A stretch of 64,000 nucleotides of DNA, from positions 1,232 through 65,231 of the forward strand of contig JAZKAN010000002.1 of NCBI GenBank assembly GCA_040389125.1. Reading direction: 5' to 3'. Below the pieces are notes generated by a model, which worked only from the letters and a program-made list of their open reading frames with translations, did not search any database and had not been told where the DNA came from. The position numbers and the translations under genes are program-made. The stretch comes from Patescibacteria group bacterium. GTDB taxonomy: Bacteria > Patescibacteriota > Minisyncoccia > Phycocordibacterales > DATDWN01. Positions 7,301 through 16,131 of the stretch are shown here, piece by piece (position 1 is the stretch's first letter; every line of letters begins with the position of its first letter).

Positions 7301-8572
7301 ATGAAAGACTTTTTTAATAAATTTACACTCGTTTTCCAGGATGCAGTTTTACGAAAACGAATTCTGTTTACACTACTCGCCCTAGTGATTTTCCGCGTAC
7401 TTGCTGTTATTCCAATACCAGGCATTGACCATGCACGACTTACACAATTTTTCGCAAGTAGTGAGTTTTTCGGACTCCTCAACATTTTCTCTGGAGGGGG
7501 ACTCGCACAGGTGTCTATTGTGCTCCTCGGTGTAGGTCCATATATTACTGGTTCTATCATCATGCAGCTTCTCACAGTTATGTCACCGAGACTCAAGGAA
7601 ATGTACCAGGAGGATGGCGAGGCTGGCCGACGCAAGTTTGCTCAGTACGGACGACTCCTTACTATTCCACTTGCACTACTTCAAGCATTTAGTTTTATTA
7701 AAATTCTTCAGAACCAACAGGTACTTGGAGCACTGTCTCCGCTCCAGCTCTCGACTGATCTTATTGTGATTACCGCTGGATCGGTCCTGCTGATGTGGAT
7801 CGGTGAGCTCATTTCTGAGTACGGTATTGGTAACGGTGTGTCCCTCATTATTTTCTCTGGTATTGTGGCGGCTTTGCCTACAACCATTAGTCAACTCATC
7901 TTTACATTTGATGCAGCCCAGCTTCCACTGTACCTCGTATTTCTCGTTGTTGCAGCAATCGTCATCGTTGCGGTGGTAGTGGTAACAGAAGCAGAGCGAC
8001 CAATTCCGGTCACATATGCAAAACAGGTTCGAGGGTCACGCGTGTACGGTGGTTCGTCAACATACCTTCCACTTCGTATGAATCAGAGTGGTGTTATGCC
8101 AATCATTTTTGGTCTTGCGATTCTCTCATTCCCACAACTCATATTGCGTTTCTTTCAGAATTCATCAGTTGATATTGTCCGCAGCATCTCGACACACGTC
8201 CTCTCGGTTCTCGCAAACTCATGGTTCTACGCGATTCTCTATTTCTTCTTTGTATTCGTGTTTACATATTTCTACACAGCGGTGACATTTGATCCAGACC
8301 AGATTTCAACCAACCTTCAGAAAAACGGCGCATTCATCCCAGGTGTTCGCCCAGGCAAACCTACTGCAGAACACATCGGACGCGTAGTCACTCGCATCAC
8401 GCTCGTCGGAGCACTCTTCCTCGGTATCATTGCGATTCTTCCGCTCATTATGCGAGGCCTCACAGGCATCACGGCAGTGTCAGTCGGGGGAACAGCACTC
8501 CTCATCGTGGTATCTGTCGTAATAGACCTAGTAAAAAAAATCGACGCTCAGGTATCAATCAGAGAATATTAA
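7301..8572 (+). CDS. secY: Preprotein translocase subunit SecY
   Basis: About 423 aa and multi-pass, with LFTLLALVIFRVLAVIPIPGID and GGTALLIVVSVVIDL. It sits between rplO and adk. The start is either ATG 7301 or GTG 7274. Confidence 0.95.
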   Translation: MKDFFNKFTLVFQDAVLRKRILFTLLALVIFRVLAVIPIPGIDHARLTQFFASSEFFGLLNIFSGGGLAQVSIVLLGVGPYITGSIIMQLLTVMSPRLKEMYQEDGEAGRRKFAQYGRLLTIPLALLQAFSFIKILQNQQVLGALSPLQLSTDLIVITAGSVLLMWIGELISEYGIGNGVSLIIFSGIVAALPTTISQLIFTFDAAQLPLYLVFLVVAAIVIVAVVVVTEAERPIPVTYAKQVRGSRVYGGSSTYLPLRMNQSGVMPIIFGLAILSFPQLILRFFQNSSVDIVRSISTHVLSVLANSWFYAILYFFFVFVFTYFYTAVTFDPDQISTNLQKNGAFIPGVRPGKPTAEHIGRVVTRITLVGALFLGIIAILPLIMRGLTGITAVSVGGTALLIVVSVVIDLVKKIDAQVSIREY

Positions 8573-8604
8573 AGAAGCCACCTTGGTTCGGAAAACTCAC
8601 AAAA

Positions 8605-8629
8605 AGCCCCTATTTTTAGGGGTATTTTT
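8605..8629 (+). terminator. Intrinsic terminator after secY
   Basis: CCCCT, loop ATTTTT, AGGGG, followed by TATTTTT. Confidence 0.6.
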
Positions 8630-8645
8630 GTGCCTCAAAATGTCC

Positions 8646-8674
8646 TTGACAAGAGATGTGAAAGGGTGTATAAT
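8646..8674 (+). promoter_or_regulatory. Consensus sigma70 promoter of the secY-adk orphan cassette
   Basis: TTGACA (8646-8651), 17-nt spacer, TATAAT (8669-8674). Confidence 0.6.
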
Positions 8675-9025
8675 ATAGGGTAGATGACCAACACACAGAG
8701 TTTTCTCATAGCTCGCTAAAAATGAGATTGGACATGTACTTCTCATAATGTCCTAGGGGCGGAAAGCACCCGAGAGAAAAGGTAATAACCGGCCTTGCTT
8801 AAAATGCGTTGCGTTTTGAGTAAAAGAGATTATGTGGAGACTAAGGGTTGCCACTGACGGATACTGGAACTTTCCTAAAGCTAGTATCAAATACCCTCCG
8901 TTTTTTTGGAGCCAACCAACGATTTGGTTGGCTCCAGTATTCAGAACCAGGAGTTGAATTGATTCTAATTCGATTTGTGGAATGATTCTGGAAATTCAAA
9001 AAGAAGTTCTTTGGAGAGAAAATCA

Positions 9026-9418
9026 ATGACAACCTGGCACCGACCAACGGGTCCGCAAGTAGAACTTGGGGATCACATTTCAAATCTGCTGGGAGTGTGG
9101 ATGGCACAGAACTTTCACACCAAAATGAGCATGACAATGAATCCGGACAAAGACGGAGCGTATGTCATCTCTGCTGGATGGAGGGAGCATAGCGGATACG
9201 ACAGCGTCGGCTGGTTAGATCCCAAACCTATCCTCACGATTCGAGTCAAACTCGACGAGAATCCGGCAATCAGGGTGACCTACGCACCGCCTTTCGAAAT
9301 CAACGAAGGGGTGCGGACATCATTCGGGATCGAAAATCACGAAGTCGCTGAGATGGTTATCGGGATTGGCAATACTCTTGCCCACTTTAATCCGCGAAAC
9401 CATCCTGAGATCCGCTAG
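9026..9418 (+). CDS. Hypothetical protein (orphan cassette between secY and adk)
   Basis: 130 aa from ATG 9026, preceded by GGAGAG. The region is GC-richer and has its own promoter and terminator. Confidence 0.5.
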   Translation: MTTWHRPTGPQVELGDHISNLLGVWMAQNFHTKMSMTMNPDKDGAYVISAGWREHSGYDSVGWLDPKPILTIRVKLDENPAIRVTYAPPFEINEGVRTSFGIENHEVAEMVIGIGNTLAHFNPRNHPEIR

Positions 9419-9468
9419 GTTGCTTTCAAAAATTGCCGGACTCACTCCAGCGCATTCAGTAGTACACA

Positions 9469-9516
9469 CCGCCCAACTCGGGACGAAAATTCGTCCAGAG
9501 GCTTGGGCGGATTTTT
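9469..9516 (+). terminator. Intrinsic terminator of the secY-adk cassette
   Basis: CCGCCCAA pairs with CTTGGGCGG, enclosing the inner hairpin GGACGAAAATTCGTCC. It is followed by ATTTTT. Confidence 0.65.
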
Positions 9517-9540
9517 GTTGTAGAAAAAATAACCACTAAA

Positions 9541-9663
9541 CAAATCTCGTCGACCAAATGCTTTTCCGGCGCATCACGGAATGAGTGAATACATGAGTGC
9601 GAGGAAAATTTTCAGCAGAAAATTATTCCGGCGACGGAAAAGCTTTTGGGAGAAAGAGATTTG
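9541..9663. repeat. Long imperfect palindrome (singleton) with family-B-like ends
   Basis: CAAATCTC...GAGATTTG termini. The internal stem GCTTTTCCG pairs with CGGAAAAGC, and CCAAA pairs with TTTGG (5 bp). Confidence 0.6.
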
Positions 9664-9738
9664 TGCGGTTTGGCAATGTAAAATCTCTCCCATCTCTGGT
9701 ACAATTAGCACATTAGTATTTCATATATATTTCATACC

Positions 9739-10329
9739 ATGCCTCCATTTACATTTATTTTCATCGGACGATCGGGATGCGGAAAAGGAACACAAGCAGA
9801 CCTCCTCCAAGATGTGCTCAAAACAAAATACGCTGACAACCCGATATTCTACCTAGAAACCGGTCAGCGATTCCGCGAGTTTATCCAGGGTCAAAACTAT
9901 TCGAACCAGCTGTCTAAAAAAATGTACGAAGTGGCAGATCCTCAGCCGAGTTTCCTTGCAATCTGGATGTGGTCGCATTTTCTCGTAGAGGATTTCAAAG
10001 GCAACGAGCATCTTGTCATTGATGGCACACCACGATCGTACTCAGAGGCGCTGGTACTCACCACCGCAATGAAATTCTACGGTCGCAAACCGTTTGTGAT
10101 CTACCTCGATGTGTCGCGCGAGTGGTCAGAGGAACGTCTCATGAATCGCGGACGGGTGGATGATGTAAAACCAGAGGATGTAAAGAAGCGTCTCGACTGG
10201 TTTGACAAGGACATCATGCCGGCAGTAGAGTACTTTAGGTCAAATCCAGACTATACCTTTGTGGATGTAAATGGGGAGAGGAGTATAGAGGAGATACATG
10301 CGGATTTGGTAGGAAGAATTGGAATGTAA
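9739..10329 (+). CDS. adk: Adenylate kinase family protein
   Basis: P-loop FIFIGRSGCGKGTQADLL. The position is the conserved secY-adk-map one. Confidence 0.85.
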   Translation: MPPFTFIFIGRSGCGKGTQADLLQDVLKTKYADNPIFYLETGQRFREFIQGQNYSNQLSKKMYEVADPQPSFLAIWMWSHFLVEDFKGNEHLVIDGTPRSYSEALVLTTAMKFYGRKPFVIYLDVSREWSEERLMNRGRVDDVKPEDVKKRLDWFDKDIMPAVEYFRSNPDYTFVDVNGERSIEEIHADLVGRIGM

Positions 10330-10337
10330 CTATTTAA

Positions 10338-11105
10338 ATGATTAAATTAAAAACAAAGGAAGAAATAGAGATAATGAGGGAGGGTGGCAGGCGCCATGCC
10401 TTTATTTTGGCTGAACTTGCAAAAAAAGTTGTGCCTGGGATCTCGACGCAAACACTCGAGGATGAGGCACGGAGGATGATCAAGGAGGGAGGAGACAGTG
10501 CGTCATTTTTAAACTACACACCGAGGGGAGCACGACGTGCGTACCCTGCGGCACTGTGTGTATCGGTCAACAACGAAATTGTGCACGGTATACCAAACGA
10601 AAAGCCAACAATACTGCAAGAGGGCGACGTGGTGACCCTCGATCTGGGACTGACACATGACGGTCTGATTACAGACAGTGCCGTTACGGTTGGTGTGGGT
10701 AAAATCGCCGAGGAAGATAGAAAAATGCTTGAGCACTGCAAGGAGGCGCTTATGCTCGGAATCAAAGCGGCTCGCGGAGGAGGACGAGTTGGGGATATTG
10801 GGCATGCTATCGAGTCGTTTGTACGACCGCTGGGCTACGGGATGGCCGAGGGGCTCGCTGGGCACGGTGTAGGCTACAAGGTTCACGAGGAGCCGTTTGT
10901 ACCAAACGAAGGTCGCAAGGGTACCGGCGAGCTGCTACGGGCAGGGATGGTTATTGCTATTGAGCCAATGCTCACGCGCGGGACCGGACGTGTCACTCTG
11001 GCGCGAGATGGCTACACATACAAAACTACTGATGGCTCGAACGCCTGTCATTTTGAACATACAGTTGCGATTACGGATGGCGATCCGATTGTGTTGACGA
11101 AGTAA
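10338..11105 (+). CDS. map: Methionine aminopeptidase, type I
   Basis: 255 aa with VCVSVNNEIVHGIP, GDVVTLDLG, GHGVGYKVHEEP and IAIEPM, which supply the metal ligands. Confidence 0.95.
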   Translation: MIKLKTKEEIEIMREGGRRHAFILAELAKKVVPGISTQTLEDEARRMIKEGGDSASFLNYTPRGARRAYPAALCVSVNNEIVHGIPNEKPTILQEGDVVTLDLGLTHDGLITDSAVTVGVGKIAEEDRKMLEHCKEALMLGIKAARGGGRVGDIGHAIESFVRPLGYGMAEGLAGHGVGYKVHEEPFVPNEGRKGTGELLRAGMVIAIEPMLTRGTGRVTLARDGYTYKTTDGSNACHFEHTVAITDGDPIVLTK

Positions 11106-11123
11106 ATTTTAATATAGTTCTGA

Positions 11124-11160
11124 AAATCCGGTTGCTGTTGTGGCACCCGGATTTTCCTTT
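11124..11160 (+). terminator. Intrinsic terminator after map
   Basis: AAAATCCGG pairs with CCGGATTTT, followed by a T-rich tail. Confidence 0.7.
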
Positions 11161-11199
11161 TTGGTATATAATGTGATTTAACATTAATTTAAAAGTCAC

Positions 11200-11805
11200 A
11201 TGCAACACCCCAAGAAAGAACGATCACTGACCATCATAAAGCCGGACGGAATTCAACGGACACTTGTTGCGGAAATTATTGGACGATATGAAAGGATGGG
11301 GCTCAAACTTATTGGAATCAAAATGTGTGTGCCAACAGAGGAGCAGATTGTAAAACACTACACACTTGACCCCGAGTGGCGCCGGATAACAGGCGAAAAG
11401 AGAATTAATGCTGCAAGGGAAAAAGGGGAGACTCCGCCTTCAACTGACCCACTTGAAATCACTCGGATCGTTTTGGAAAAATTAAAAAAATACATGACAT
11501 CTGGTCCGGTGATCGCTATGGTCTGGGAGGGTGCGCACGTGGTGGAAATCATACGCAAACTGACAGGTAGTACCGAACCTCGTATGTCTGATGTTGGTAC
11601 GATCCGTGGCGATTATGTTCTTGACTCATATCTGATGTCTGACGCAGACGGCCGTTCGATACGCAACCTCGTCCATGCATCCGGCTCGGCAAAGGAAGCC
11701 GAAGCAGAAATCGCTCACTGGTTTCGAGCTGACGAACTCATGGATTACACACTCATCGCCGAGAAAATTCTGTACGATGTGAATCTGGATGGGATTGGGG
11801 AGTAG
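11200..11805 (+). CDS. ndk: Nucleoside diphosphate kinase (long form)
   Basis: ERSLTIIKPDGIQR at the N-terminus and NLVHASGS, which carries the active-site His. It is about 60 aa longer than typical Ndk. Confidence 0.9.
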   Translation: MQHPKKERSLTIIKPDGIQRTLVAEIIGRYERMGLKLIGIKMCVPTEEQIVKHYTLDPEWRRITGEKRINAAREKGETPPSTDPLEITRIVLEKLKKYMTSGPVIAMVWEGAHVVEIIRKLTGSTEPRMSDVGTIRGDYVLDSYLMSDADGRSIRNLVHASGSAKEAEAEIAHWFRADELMDYTLIAEKILYDVNLDGIGE

Positions 11806-11825
11806 AGAGAATCGTAAATTTTATA

Positions 11826-11867
11826 ATAAAAAACCGCGTGGTGCCCAGATAGGCGCATCACGCGGTT
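11826..11867 (-). terminator. Intrinsic terminator for the minus-strand GC-rich operon
   Basis: On the minus strand, AACCGCGTG pairs with CACGCGGTT and is followed by TTTTTATTATAA. Confidence 0.6.
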
Positions 11868-11887
11868 GGATGATCAGACGATCAAAT

Positions 11888-12040
11888 CTACTTCTCTTCA
11901 TCGGGGAAGTTCACATATGCGTGATATCTCCCTCCTGTTTGGGCGCAGTTCATGCACGGGCACATTGCCCGAGCCTTCGTCTCTGTGGTACCTTCGACGT
12001 TTTCTTCGACGGTATTGTCTTTTTTTTCGATCTCGTTCAT
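11888..12040 (-). CDS. Putative 50-aa cysteine-containing peptide (not in the ORF track, below 60 aa)
   Basis: Minus-strand ATG at 12040 preceded by GGAGAAAAAG. Translation is MNEIEKKDNTVEENVEGTTETKARAMCPCMNCAQTGGRYHAYVNFPDEEK. The terminator follows directly. Confidence 0.4.
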   Translation of the reverse strand: MNEIEKKDNTVEENVEGTTETKARAMCPCMNCAQTGGRYHAYVNFPDEEK

Positions 12041-12179
12041 CTTTTTCTCCAAGGAACTTCAACTCGATTTTGGATCGTACTAATCAAGTTGTCTTTAGAA
12101 ACAACAAAATTTACATTTGCATTCTCTAAAGATTGGGAGGGTGGGGCTTGCGAGCCTAACACCGCTCCCGAAAGGACAA

Positions 12180-12713
12180 TTACTTGCTGATTTGCGCCAC
12201 TAGGTGGCGGTATGCGACTGCCGCGACGGCCGAGTCATAGAGGGGGTTGTGAGTTCCGCCCTCGAACTTGCCGACGGACAACCCGTGCTTTTTCACGTAG
12301 CTGTCGACCGACGTCGGGTCTTCACCTGCTTGCTGCAGATTCCCCGATACGTCGAGCATCGGGTAAGGACCGTCCCAGTCGCCGATGACACCCTGGGCGT
12401 GCATGTCGCGGAGCAACCCTGCCTCCACGATGTACCCCATGTGCACGAGAATGTCCGCGTCGGCTTTGTTCGCGAGATAAAACTTCGCGAAGTCAGCAAG
12501 CAATCCCTTGTACGTGTCGTGCGTTACCGGCACACCAGCAAGGGTGGGGAGGACATTCTCCTTTACCCACTGTTCGGTCACTGCCGAGTCTGGCAAGCGA
12601 CCGATAAAGCGGGCGATCTCAGTGCCTTGCTCGTCGTAGACGAGCGCACCGATTGCGAAAGCCTTGCCCCAGAGACCGTTGGTCTCTGCGTCGAACGAAA
12701 ACATCTTTTTCAT
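12180..12713 (-). CDS. DEDDh-type 3'-5' exonuclease (DnaQ/RNase T-like fold)
   Basis: FSFDAETNGL is an Exo I (DxE) motif and GGTHNPLYDSAVAA is an Exo III (Hx4D) motif. ATG 12713 is preceded by GGAGACGGAGA. The gene is strongly GC-rich relative to the window. Confidence 0.8.
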   Translation of the reverse strand: MKKMFSFDAETNGLWGKAFAIGALVYDEQGTEIARFIGRLPDSAVTEQWVKENVLPTLAGVPVTHDTYKGLLADFAKFYLANKADADILVHMGYIVEAGLLRDMHAQGVIGDWDGPYPMLDVSGNLQQAGEDPTSVDSYVKKHGLSVGKFEGGTHNPLYDSAVAAVAYRHLVAQISK

Positions 12714-12990
12714 TTTTTCTCCGTCTCCTAGTCGGAATAATATCAACATTTATTTTGTAGATATTAACATTCTTCCGGCCATGAAACATTTGAAACTTTT
12801 TCGTCCTTTCGGACTCATCAGTCAGGCTTTTCCATTTCTGGACATCCTGAGAAAGTTGGAGCGTCACATACGTAATCGCCCCATGTGGAACGATAGTTGG
12901 ATCGTTCCACCATTTCACTTCTTCCGCCAACTCGGAATGTATAACATGACATTTCTTTATGAGTCGTAGTCATTGACGACTTCGCCGATG

Positions 12991-13662
12991 TTACTTGGGT
13001 TGCTGATCTGCGATGATCGCCTGCAACTCCTCGTCTGTCATTTGGCTCGGACTAGCCGAGACCCATTTGACAAACAAATCTTCCTCCTCTTTAATCACTA
13101 GTACTAACAAGTAATTTTTTTTCTTCCGATATATTCGCCTTTGTTCTTGCCACGGCTTGCCAATTGGTCGCGGCTCGTAGGGGTGATACGCTTGGTTTGC
13201 TTTCCACTTTCCCTCCAAAATGAGAGGGAGGGTTAGGTGCTCATTCAGAAGAGATTGCTTTTCCTCCGCCTGAACGACACCATTAAGCTCTCGGAGCTCA
13301 TCTAATTTTCGATGATAGTCTGAGTTTGCGTCCCCAAGTTGATTGAGCAGTTTTCTGCTCCTCAATGTCCATTCGGCAGATTCCAGGCTTGGATTTCTTT
13401 CATGGTTTTCCCGTTCTTCCATGATTTCATCCCTTTTTTCTTTGAGTCTATCAACCTCATTTTTGAGGGTTTTATATTTCCCCTCAAAAACAATTCCAAA
13501 CCATTCGGTTTGAAATTTTGGTCGCGGAACTGTATCTGACGGCTGAGTCGGGGCAAAGCTGTTTTCTTTAATCACGACCGGAGTGGCGGTCACCACCCCT
13601 TTTACCTCGTTGGTGGCATTGCTGCCACCAAAAAAATTCTTGAAAAAATTCCAAATTGTCAT
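12991..13662 (-). CDS. Hypothetical coiled-coil protein
   Basis: 223-aa ORF with a GAGGAG Shine-Dalgarno site 6 nt upstream. The central part has charged heptad-like stretches (NEVDRLKEKRDEIMEERENHERN). Confidence 0.6.
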   Translation of the reverse strand: MTIWNFFKNFFGGSNATNEVKGVVTATPVVIKENSFAPTQPSDTVPRPKFQTEWFGIVFEGKYKTLKNEVDRLKEKRDEIMEERENHERNPSLESAEWTLRSRKLLNQLGDANSDYHRKLDELRELNGVVQAEEKQSLLNEHLTLPLILEGKWKANQAYHPYEPRPIGKPWQEQRRIYRKKKNYLLVLVIKEEEDLFVKWVSASPSQMTDEELQAIIADQQPK

Positions 13663-14052
13663 ACTATCTCCTCATCCGTCCATTGGGCGGACACCTTTCT
13701 CGGCATGTGAATGTTACCCAGCCCTTTGGGCTGACCGAGCGGGATTGTTTTGCAACCCCTCTTTCCAGCACTAACTAATAATGAATTATTGCTGGAGAAG
13801 AGGAATAACAATAGAGTCGTCACAGAGTGACTGTTATTCTCTGTTATCCTAACTTCTCTATACTCAAATAATCTTGCTCGCAAGCTCTTTTATATGAGGT
13901 TTGTCAAAGTACGTACCTTGTATGTATATGATAGCATATTTAATAAATAATGTCAAGTAAAATCAGATAATATGGCTTAAAATATGATTTATAGTCAAAT
14001 TCTATGCCTTCTTTTTAGTGGTATGGGAAGTGCACGTGAATAGCATATAGGG

Positions 14053-14245
14053 TATAATTCATAGTGGATTACGTGTGATACTTTCTTCTTAACCATTTTT
14101 TAGGGAGTCCGATTTCATTGTGTCACGATGAGCGTCGCAAGACATTCTGACGAGCACATGTTAGGGCACCCACCTAGTTGCTTACTAGGGGAGTATCACC
14201 GTAGTCCAATTAAGTCACCCACCGATAACCCCGTGTGGGTGTTTT
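14053..14245 (+). promoter_or_regulatory. Candidate structured 5' leader or small RNA ending in an intrinsic terminator
   Basis: TATAAT at 14053-14058. A long-range stem pairs GTGATACT (14075-14082) with AGTATCAC (14192-14199). An internal hairpin is CCTAGT..ACTAGG. The terminator is CACCCAC..GTGGGTG followed by TTTT (14216-14245). Confidence 0.3.
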
Positions 14246-14330
14246 AAATATAGGGATTTATTCTGTTTCTAAAAAACACACAACGAGAAAGAGTTTTGTA
14301 TTTAAGTCTCTAACACGTTACAATTACCTC

Positions 14331-14738
14331 ATGATGAAAACCAAATTATTTAAGACAACCCTTTTTCTATTACTTCTTGTGGCAGCACTTAATGAATTTG
14401 GTACTATATTTTATTTATATTGGACAACAAAATGGTTTGACATGATTACACATTTTCTGGGCGGTGCTACTGCGGGTTTGGGAGTGATTTTGTTTTTTGT
14501 ATATATTTTGAAAAAACAAAACGTGAGTCGAAGGCAAATTATCTGGATCGGTATTGTGGGAACATTTGTTATTGGAATATTGTGGGAAGTGTATGAACTA
14601 TCGTTTGGCATCACATCATTTTCAGATGGAATGTACTACGTTCTAGATACCAGCAAAGATATAACCATGGATATGCTCGGAGGAATTTTGGGATCACTAT
14701 ATGCCGCAAAACAACAAATACAAATCGATCATGAATAA
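14331..14738 (+). CDS. Small multi-pass membrane protein
   Basis: ATGATG at 14331 lies downstream of the terminator hairpin that the track start (14235) would overlap. About four hydrophobic helices. Confidence 0.7.
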   Translation: MMKTKLFKTTLFLLLLVAALNEFGTIFYLYWTTKWFDMITHFLGGATAGLGVILFFVYILKKQNVSRRQIIWIGIVGTFVIGILWEVYELSFGITSFSDGMYYVLDTSKDITMDMLGGILGSLYAAKQQIQIDHE

Positions 14739-16128
14739 TACACAACGAACCAATAACGAAAATTTACACATGACTTTCTGGGGAGGCGTCGGCAGTGTCA
14801 CTGGTGCAAATTTCCTTATGGAGTCACCTCGTACTCGCATACTGGTTGACTGCGGATTACTCCAGGGCTCACCCGAGGCATCCACTGAAAACAACGCGAC
14901 GTTTCCCTACGATCCAAAAACGATAGACTATCTATTTGTGACACATGCACACATGGATCATATTGGGAAAATAGGAAAACTGGTCAAGGATGGATTTAAA
15001 GGAATCATTTACTCCACTCCTGAAACAAAAGAACTGGCACATGTCATGATTCTTGACGCTCTCAAAGTAATGGAAATGAATGCACGTGAATCGATTGGAG
15101 ACAAAACTCAGAAACCGTTGTATGGTGCAGAACATGTGGCAACCGCATTCTCGTTGTGGAAGACAATTCCATATCATACCGATACCAAACTAAATGATGA
15201 GTTTTCGGTCTTTGTTATGGATGCGGGGCACATTCTCGGATCATCCATGTACAAGTTTTCATACGGTGGCAAACGCATTGTGTTCACGGGCGACTCGGGC
15301 AATTCCCCGACACCACTTCTGCGAGAGACAGACAGGATTATTGATGCAGACTATATAGTCATGGACAGTGTGTACGGTGATCGAAATCATGAACCAAAAG
15401 ACGAACGAGATGCAAAATTCCGTAGGATTGTAACGGAGAGTATCGGTCGTGGAGGGGCTCTTGTTATTCCCGCATTCTCACTCGAACGTACACAAGTGAT
15501 TTTATACGAACTGAACAATCTGGTAGAAGAAAAGAAAATTCCGAGTGTGCCGGTGTATCTGGATTCACCCCTTGCACTCAAGGTCACTGATATTTATAAA
15601 CAATTTACAAAGGATTTTAATGTCGGTGTGCAAAGTGAGATAAAGGGGGGAGATGACCTATTCAACTTTCCACGACTATCAATAACACACGGTTCGCGCG
15701 ACTCACACGCCATAGAGGATCGTCCAAATCCAAAAATAATCATTGCCGGTTCTGGTATGTCGTCAGGTGGGCGAGTGGTGTGGCATGAGGAAAACTTTTT
15801 GCCCGATCCAAAAAGTACAATACTCCTCATGGGGTACCAAGCGGTAGGAACTCTCGGTAGACGGATTCAGGATGTGCCAAGTCAGGTTGAAATAAATGGA
15901 AAGATGATACCTGTTCGCGCGCGAATTGAAATGATTTCTGGCTATTCATCACACAAGGATTCTGACAATCTAGTTCGGATGATAGAGGACACGCAGGAAA
16001 CAGTCAAAAAAGTGTTTGTGGTTATGGGCGAGCCAAAAGCCTCGACGTACCTTGCTCAACGTCTCCAAAATGAAGCAGGTGTAGATGCGATTTATCCAGA
16101 AAGAGGTGTGATATATGAACTGGAATAG
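14731..16128 (+). CDS. MBL-fold beta-CASP hydrolase (RNase J/CPSF-like RNA-metabolising family)
   Basis: VTHAHMDHIG is an HxHxDH motif, with DAGHILGS, and SGHAD replaced by YSSHKD near the C-terminus. The start overlaps the upstream stop (ATGAATAA). Confidence 0.85.
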   Translation: MNNTQRTNNENLHMTFWGGVGSVTGANFLMESPRTRILVDCGLLQGSPEASTENNATFPYDPKTIDYLFVTHAHMDHIGKIGKLVKDGFKGIIYSTPETKELAHVMILDALKVMEMNARESIGDKTQKPLYGAEHVATAFSLWKTIPYHTDTKLNDEFSVFVMDAGHILGSSMYKFSYGGKRIVFTGDSGNSPTPLLRETDRIIDADYIVMDSVYGDRNHEPKDERDAKFRRIVTESIGRGGALVIPAFSLERTQVILYELNNLVEEKKIPSVPVYLDSPLALKVTDIYKQFTKDFNVGVQSEIKGGDDLFNFPRLSITHGSRDSHAIEDRPNPKIIIAGSGMSSGGRVVWHEENFLPDPKSTILLMGYQAVGTLGRRIQDVPSQVEINGKMIPVRARIEMISGYSSHKDSDNLVRMIEDTQETVKKVFVVMGEPKASTYLAQRLQNEAGVDAIYPERGVIYELE

Positions 16129-16131
16129 TGT

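Noticed and set aside
12619-12969. Overlapping ORFs 12619..12930(-) and 12664..12969(+) between the coiled-coil gene and the exonuclease.
   Set aside because: The minus ORF starts with TTG, has no SD, and would overlap the exonuclease start by about 95-130 nt in another frame. The plus ORF is antisense to the operon. A shorter minus-strand ORF (about 48 aa) is also possible. The region is left uncalled and flagged as unresolved.
14147-14154. CTGACGAG, and CGATGAG at about 14126, resembling the hammerhead ribozyme CUGANGA box.
   Set aside because: No matching GAAA box or cleavage-site helix could be placed in a compatible arrangement. Chance occurrence of a 7-mer is likely.
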